A stretch of 64,000 bases of DNA from an uncultured Acidobacteriota bacterium (GTDB lineage Bacteria; Acidobacteriota; Terriglobia; Terriglobales; Acidobacteriaceae): positions 24,989 to 88,988 of the forward strand of contig CAIQPK010000081.1 of NCBI GenBank assembly GCA_903873705.1, given 5' to 3'. Both the position numbers and the translations under genes were made by a program. Position 1 is the first letter of the stretch, and each line of letters opens with the position of its first letter. Below the pieces are notes generated by a model, which worked only from the letters and a program-made list of their open reading frames with translations, made no database searches and had not been told where the DNA came from. This document shows positions 59,043-64,000 of the stretch, piece by piece.

Positions 59043-60290
59043 ATGGCTCAGGGTGAACAACGCGAAGCGGTGAAGATGGCGCTGGATACCCTGCGTGCGA
59101 ATAAGCTGCGTTCGGGTTTGACGGTGTTGGGTATTGTGATCGGTGTGATGACCGTTATTGTGATTTCTTCGGTCATCAATGGGTTGAATAATAACGTCTC
59201 GAACATGGTGCAGCAGTTTGGGACGAATGTGATCTGGGTGTTCCGGTTTCCGGTGATTGGCGTGCGGCCGACGACCGAGATGCTGACGCGGAAGCAGATG
59301 ACTTACGACGATGCGATGGAGATTGGGAAGCTGCCGCACGTGGTGGCTTCGGCGGCGTCGCTGCGGTATACGAACTACCAGTTTGGCGCGGGGTCGGCTG
59401 TGGCCAAGTGGGGCATCAAGAAGGTGGAGAATGTGTCGCTTTCCGGCGACACGCTTTCCATTCGCGACGTGAACGACTGGAATATCCATGCGGGGCGGTT
59501 TTATACGATGGTGGACCAGGAACGCGCGACCGATGTGGTGATCCTGGGGCACGACACGGCGGCCGATCTCTTCGGGAACGTTGATCCGATAGGGCAGGAA
59601 ATTACGCTGGAAGGCCATACGTTCACCGTTATTGGAACGATGGAAAAAGTTCCGAACGCATTTGGCGGCGGGAAGAATCCGAACGACAATTTTGCGTATT
59701 TTCCGATTACGACGTTTCACAAGCTGCATCCCGAGGTTCTGGATTACTGGATCAGCGTGAAGTTCGACGATCAGAAGAACAAGCCGCTGGTGCAGGACGA
59801 GATTCGCGAACTGCTGCGGCGGCGGCGCAAGGTACGCAACGAGGCGGCGGATAATTTCGAGATCTTCGGGTCGGACTCGATTACGAAGTTGTGGGGGCAG
59901 ATTACGGGCGGCTTGTTCGGATTGATGTTCGGGTTGAGCGCCGTGGGGCTGATGGTGGGCGGTGTGGGTGTGATGAACATCATGCTGGTGAGCGTGACGG
60001 AGCGGACGAAAGAGATTGGGGTGCGCAAGGCGATCGGCGCGACGAGGAAGATCATCCTGACGCAGTTCACGCTGGAGGCAGTGACGTTGTGCGCGATTGG
60101 CGGCGTGATCGGGATTGCACTGGGCGTGGGGGTTTCGCTGCTGGTGAAGCTGGTGATGTCGTGCTCGGTAAGCGTGCTTTGGATCCTGACGGCGTTTGTG
60201 TGCTCGTGCCTGATTGGGCTGGTGTTCGGGATTTATCCGGCGTGGAAGGCGGCGAATCTGAATCCGATCGACGCGCTGCGTTATGAGTGA
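59043..60290 (+). CDS. MacB/FtsX-family ABC permease
   Basis: NKLRSGLTVLGIVIG, VMNIMLVSVTERTKEIGVRKAIGA, NPIDALRYE. Confidence 0.93.
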   Translation: MAQGEQREAVKMALDTLRANKLRSGLTVLGIVIGVMTVIVISSVINGLNNNVSNMVQQFGTNVIWVFRFPVIGVRPTTEMLTRKQMTYDDAMEIGKLPHVVASAASLRYTNYQFGAGSAVAKWGIKKVENVSLSGDTLSIRDVNDWNIHAGRFYTMVDQERATDVVILGHDTAADLFGNVDPIGQEITLEGHTFTVIGTMEKVPNAFGGGKNPNDNFAYFPITTFHKLHPEVLDYWISVKFDDQKNKPLVQDEIRELLRRRRKVRNEAADNFEIFGSDSITKLWGQITGGLFGLMFGLSAVGLMVGGVGVMNIMLVSVTERTKEIGVRKAIGATRKIILTQFTLEAVTLCAIGGVIGIALGVGVSLLVKLVMSCSVSVLWILTAFVCSCLIGLVFGIYPAWKAANLNPIDALRYE

Positions 60291-60918
60291 GGCGGGGAAG
60301 CGGACGATCGATTTAGCGACATGGGCGCGGAAGGCCCACTTCGAGTTTTTCAGTGGGTTCGACGAACCCTTTTTTGGGGTTTGCGTACGGGTTGATTGCA
60401 CCAAGGCTTATGCGGCGGCAAAGCGGCGGGGATGCTCGTTTTTTCTCTATTACCTTTACCAGTCACTGCGCGCGGCGCACGTGGTTGAGCCATTCCGGTA
60501 TCGAATTGAGGATGGCGGGGTGGTCATCTACGATCGCCTGGGTGCGGGACCGGCCATCGATCGGCCGGACGGGACGTTTGGTTACGCCTACTTCACTTAT
60601 AGCGACGATATTGATGAGTTTCTGCGGGGCGCGCAAAGTGCAGTGGATCAGGTCCGCAGTTCCCCTGACCTCAAGCCGTCGAAGGCTACTAATACGGTCC
60701 TGTACTCGGCGCTGCCGTGGCTGGATTTTACGTCGCTGTCGCACGCCCGGAAGTTTGGTTTGCAGGACAGCCGGCCGCGCGTAACGTTTGGGAAGATGAC
60801 GACCGTTGAAGGAAGGCGGTCAATGCCGGTGGCGATCCACGTGAACCATGCGTTGGTGGACGGACGGGACGTGGGGGAGTATGTGGAGCGGTTCCAGGGG
60901 TTGATGGACTCGGAGTAG
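60283..60918 (+). CDS. CatA-like O-acetyltransferase (chloramphenicol acetyltransferase family)
   Basis: W.RKAHFEFF, SALPWLDFTS, FGK, MPVAIHVNHALVDG. Confidence 0.88.
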   Translation: MSEAGKRTIDLATWARKAHFEFFSGFDEPFFGVCVRVDCTKAYAAAKRRGCSFFLYYLYQSLRAAHVVEPFRYRIEDGGVVIYDRLGAGPAIDRPDGTFGYAYFTYSDDIDEFLRGAQSAVDQVRSSPDLKPSKATNTVLYSALPWLDFTSLSHARKFGLQDSRPRVTFGKMTTVEGRRSMPVAIHVNHALVDGRDVGEYVERFQGLMDSE

Positions 60919-60931
60919 GTGGGCATCGGCT

Positions 60932-61279
60932 AGGGCATACCCCAGGGGCTGAAGCCCATTTGGTGGTGGTCTATGAGACCCGAGGCTGAAGCCTCGGGGT
61001 ACCTTCAAGCAGAAGCAGAAGCAGAAGCAGAAGCAAAAGCAAAAGCAAAAGCAGAAGCAGAAGCAAAAGCAAAAGCAAAAGCAGAAGCAGAAGCAGATGC
61101 AGATGCAAGAACAGGCAACGGCAAGAGCACTTCAGTGTCTGAAGGTTCCAGCATACCTGCCAGGTGCGGACTGTTGTGCAGGTCCTTCGACTGCGCTGCG
61201 CTTCGCTCAGGATGACGAGTTTTCTTGTTCTGAAGAGCACAAGAGCAGCGACAAACGCCTATTCCTCTCGGGCATGACA
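60932..61279 (+). repeat. REP-like double hairpin (copy 2), GCAGAA/GCAAAA hexamers and GATGAC palindromes
   Basis: Direct inspection. Confidence 0.85.
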
Positions 61280-61332
61280 ACAAGAAAACAAACAGGGGAA
61301 GCGGCAGGGGGCGGCATCGCTACACTAGGGTC

Positions 61333-62493
61333 ATGGATTTGCTGGCGTTGGTGGTGATTCTGGTTGCGACGTTGCTGACCCTGAGCGGGCTGGCTTATGG
61401 GGTGTTGGCGCTGTGGGGCGCGCGGGACTTTGAGCGGCGGTGGCGGGTGGCTAGTGGGGCTGGTGGGTTTGCGCCGGGGGTATCGATTTTGAAGCCGGTG
61501 AAGGGGGCTGACCCGCGGATGTATGCGGCGTTTGCGAGCCATTGCCGGCAGGTGTATGCGGGTGAGTTTGAGCTGGTGTTTGGGGTGAGTTCGCTGGAGG
61601 ATGCGGCCGTGGCCGAGGTGGGCAGGCTGCGGGTGGAGTTTCCCGACGTTGCGATAAGGCTGGTGGAGTGCCCGGAGCGGCTGGGGACGAGTGGGAAGGT
61701 TTCGAACCTGGTGCAGATGTTGCGCCAGGCGCGGTATGAGCACGTGGTGATCAATGACAGCGACATCCTGGTGTCGCCGCAGTACCTGGCGCGGGTGATG
61801 GCGCCGCTGGAGGATGCGGGCGTGGGGCTGGTGACGGTGCCGTACATCGGGCGGGCGGAGCGGACGGTGTGGTCGCGGATGGAAGCGCTGGGGATTTCTA
61901 CGGACTTTATGGCGGGGGTGTTGACGGCTCGGAAGCTGGAGGGCGGGATTCGGTTTGGGCTGGGGTCGACTTTGGCGACGCGGAAGGCGACGCTGGATGC
62001 GGTGGGGGGGCTGCACGCTCTGGTGGAGTGCCTGGCGGATGATTACGAGATTGGGGCGCGGATTGCCGCGACGGGGTTGCGGGTGGAGCTGGTGAAAGAA
62101 GTGGTGGAGACGAGTGTGCCGGCGTACTCGCTGCGGGGTTTTTGTGAGCACCAGCTGCGGTGGGCGCGGTCGACGCGGGACTCGCGGAAGTGGGGGTATG
62201 TGGGGCTGGGTGTGACGTACGTGGTGCCGTGGGCGGTGGCGACGGTGGTGGCGACGGGCGGGGCTTTGTGGAGCTTGTCGATGCTGAGCGTAGCGCTGCT
62301 GGTGAGGATGAGTGTGGCGCTGAGCGTGGGGGTGGGGATACTGCGGGATGAGCAGGTTCTGCGGGATGTGTGGCTGGTGCCGGTGCGGGATTTCTTTGGG
62401 CTGCTTTTCTGGGCCTGGAGCTTTGCGGGGGATACGGTGGTTTGGCGGGGGGAGAGGTTTCGGTTGCGGGGTGGAAAGCTGGTGAAGCAGTGA
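61333..62493 (+). CDS. HpnI / ceramide-glucosyltransferase-like GT2(GT21) glycosyltransferase
   Basis: VSILKPVKG, KVSNL, INDSD, LADDY, HQLRWAR. Confidence 0.88.
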   Translation: MDLLALVVILVATLLTLSGLAYGVLALWGARDFERRWRVASGAGGFAPGVSILKPVKGADPRMYAAFASHCRQVYAGEFELVFGVSSLEDAAVAEVGRLRVEFPDVAIRLVECPERLGTSGKVSNLVQMLRQARYEHVVINDSDILVSPQYLARVMAPLEDAGVGLVTVPYIGRAERTVWSRMEALGISTDFMAGVLTARKLEGGIRFGLGSTLATRKATLDAVGGLHALVECLADDYEIGARIAATGLRVELVKEVVETSVPAYSLRGFCEHQLRWARSTRDSRKWGYVGLGVTYVVPWAVATVVATGGALWSLSMLSVALLVRMSVALSVGVGILRDEQVLRDVWLVPVRDFFGLLFWAWSFAGDTVVWRGERFRLRGGKLVKQ

Positions 62494-62518
62494 ATAGTGA
62501 AGAGTGAATAGTGAATAA
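62490..62518 (+). repeat. (GTGAATA)n heptamer array
   Basis: Contains the hpnI-like stop and the possible GTG start of the next gene. Confidence 0.8.
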
Positions 62519-63038
62519 GGCAAGAGCTACGGTATGTGAGAGGTTGGCGGTGGCGCCGGGGCGCGGGCTGGGGGCTGCGAATGCGGTGGCGGCGGAGGCG
62601 GTACGGTCGCCGGGGATGGTGGGGGAGTTGGTGGCGGCGTTGGGGGATGAGCGCGAGGTGGTGGTGGTGCGGGCGGCTAATGCGTTGAAGAAGGTGCAGG
62701 CCGCGAAGCCGGAGCGGGTGATGCCGTTTGCGAAAAAGATTTTGCGGGCGGCTATGGGGTGTGAGGTCTTGTTTGCGCGGTGGAGTTTGGTGCAGGTGGT
62801 GGGGGCGTTGCCGCTTCGAGGGCGGGATAAGGGGCTGGCCGTGGAGATGATGTTTGAGGCGCTGCGGGGGGAGGGTGGGTTGCTGCGGACGCTGGGGATG
62901 CAGGGGCTGGTGAATTTCTCTCGCGACGATGCGGCGCTGCGGCGGCGGGTGCGGCCGGTGGTGGAGGAGTTCCTGGCGAATGGGACGCCGGCGATGCGGG
63001 CGCGGGCGAGGATGCTGCTGCCGCTGGTGCGGGGTTGA
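62511..63038 (+). CDS. HEAT-repeat-like hypothetical protein; start uncertain
   Basis: Helical repeats (LVAALGDEREVVVVRAANAL...), genome-typical codon use. Confidence 0.65.
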   Translation: MNKARATVCERLAVAPGRGLGAANAVAAEAVRSPGMVGELVAALGDEREVVVVRAANALKKVQAAKPERVMPFAKKILRAAMGCEVLFARWSLVQVVGALPLRGRDKGLAVEMMFEALRGEGGLLRTLGMQGLVNFSRDDAALRRRVRPVVEEFLANGTPAMRARARMLLPLVRG

Positions 63039-63151
63039 TCAGGATTTTGTTCGGGGGCTGATACTTTCCGGGGTGCGATTTCGATTGTCTTGGTGAAGGC
63101 CTGCTCCGGAGTGATTTGCGGATGAGGGCGGCCTCGACTGAGGAGATCGAC

Positions 63152-63717
63152 ATGCGGTACACATTTTCAGAATTCTCTGCTGGTAGCGTGCGTTTGCGTG
63201 CGCTGCTTATTCTTTGCGCGGCTGCCGGAATGATTGCGGGAACGGCGCGGGCGGACACGTTCAGCTTTTCGTTTTCTTCAAACAGCTACAGCGGATCGGG
63301 GCAGTTTACGGCGGATGCGACGGGGACGGCGGGAGAGTTCCTGGTGACGAGTATCCAGGGAACGATGAATGAAGGAGCAGGGGATGTGGCTATTGCGGCG
63401 CTGCTGCCGACGGGGTCGTTTGGGGCGAATGACAACCTTTTCCTTTTTCCTTCTCCCGGCAACCCTTTCACCGTTCATGGCGTGACGTTTGGGTTGGCGA
63501 ACAACGACCAGGTGAATCTCTTCGACGTAGCGTTGAACCTGTCGACGGTGGCCATCGTTCGGCCGATCGATGAGTTCAATGGCACACTTTTCCCGGCCGA
63601 AAGCCTGGACTTTGTGGCGACGGAGGCGGTCCCGGTAGCGGCGACGCCGGAGCCCTCTTCGCTGATGCTGCTGGGGACGGGTGTGCTGGGCGTGGTGGGG
63701 GCGAGGAGGAAGAGGGG

Positions 63718-63736
<19 letters not shown>
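63152..63736 (+). CDS. PEP-CTERM sorting-domain protein
   Basis: GAGGAG RBS; signal peptide (ARA-DT); TPEPSSLMLLGTGVLGVVGARRKR. Confidence 0.92.
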
Positions 63737-63880
<144 letters not shown>

Positions 63881-63922
63881 GGTCGGGGAGGGGAGGGAGT
63901 CTGGGCTTTGGGCCGCTGAGGG

Positions 63923-64000
63923 TTAGCTCTGCGGCTCGTCGGGGCGGTGGGGTTGGTTGGGGCCGCGGAGGGTGTCGTCGATGTCGCCTAGCTTGTCGGC
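63923..64000 (-). CDS. 3' end of a gene entering from the right edge
   Basis: Open frame ...ADKLGDIDDTLRGPNQPHRPDEPQS* with C-ending codons typical of minus-strand genes here. Confidence 0.5.
   Translation of the reverse strand, partial: ADKLGDIDDTLRGPNQPHRPDEPQS

Overview
GC-rich bacterial chromosomal window, most likely a subdivision-1 Acidobacterium (Granulicella/Edaphobacter-like; inferred from multiple MacB-type permeases, Ig-repeat giant proteins, many TonB-C proteins, a PEP-CTERM protein and the repeat families). Left part: an FAD/Fe-S oxidoreductase, an orphan CdiI-like gene, then a ~17 kb minus-strand run (21094->3744). That run joins two c-type cytochromes, a CuA cupredoxin, a nucleotidyltransferase, Wza/Wzz/Wzx, two glycosyltransferases, an HprK-related kinase, an MFS transporter, an OmpR-type two-component system, a porin and a second cupredoxin. 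Next come a TetR/DHA2 efflux pair, a giant NHL/Ig-repeat surface protein and transporters. The centre holds the core ispE-tRNA-Gln-prs-rplY-pth-rpsF-rpsR-rplI operon, a Phd/VapC toxin-antitoxin pair, and an ECF sigma/TonB-C/prolyl oligopeptidase/rhomboid cluster. The right part has a second giant surface protein, housekeeping enzymes, a class II photolyase, two MacB permeases split by a four-helix-bundle gene, CAT-like, HpnI-like and PEP-CTERM genes. Intergenic DNA is dense with REP-like palindromes, GCA-hexamer microsatellites and inverted heptamer arms. Best leads: (1) the four-helix-bundle gene between inverted heptamer arms, with gene-less versions of such arms inside the ribosomal operon; (2) the redox + kinase/nucleotidyltransferase + EPS locus with TGTCA-N6-TGTCA boxes; (3) a shared C-terminal TM-hairpin/lipobox motif on both giant proteins; (4) a twice-occurring ~100 bp conserved non-coding element. 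All calls come from motif recognition by eye; no searches were run.
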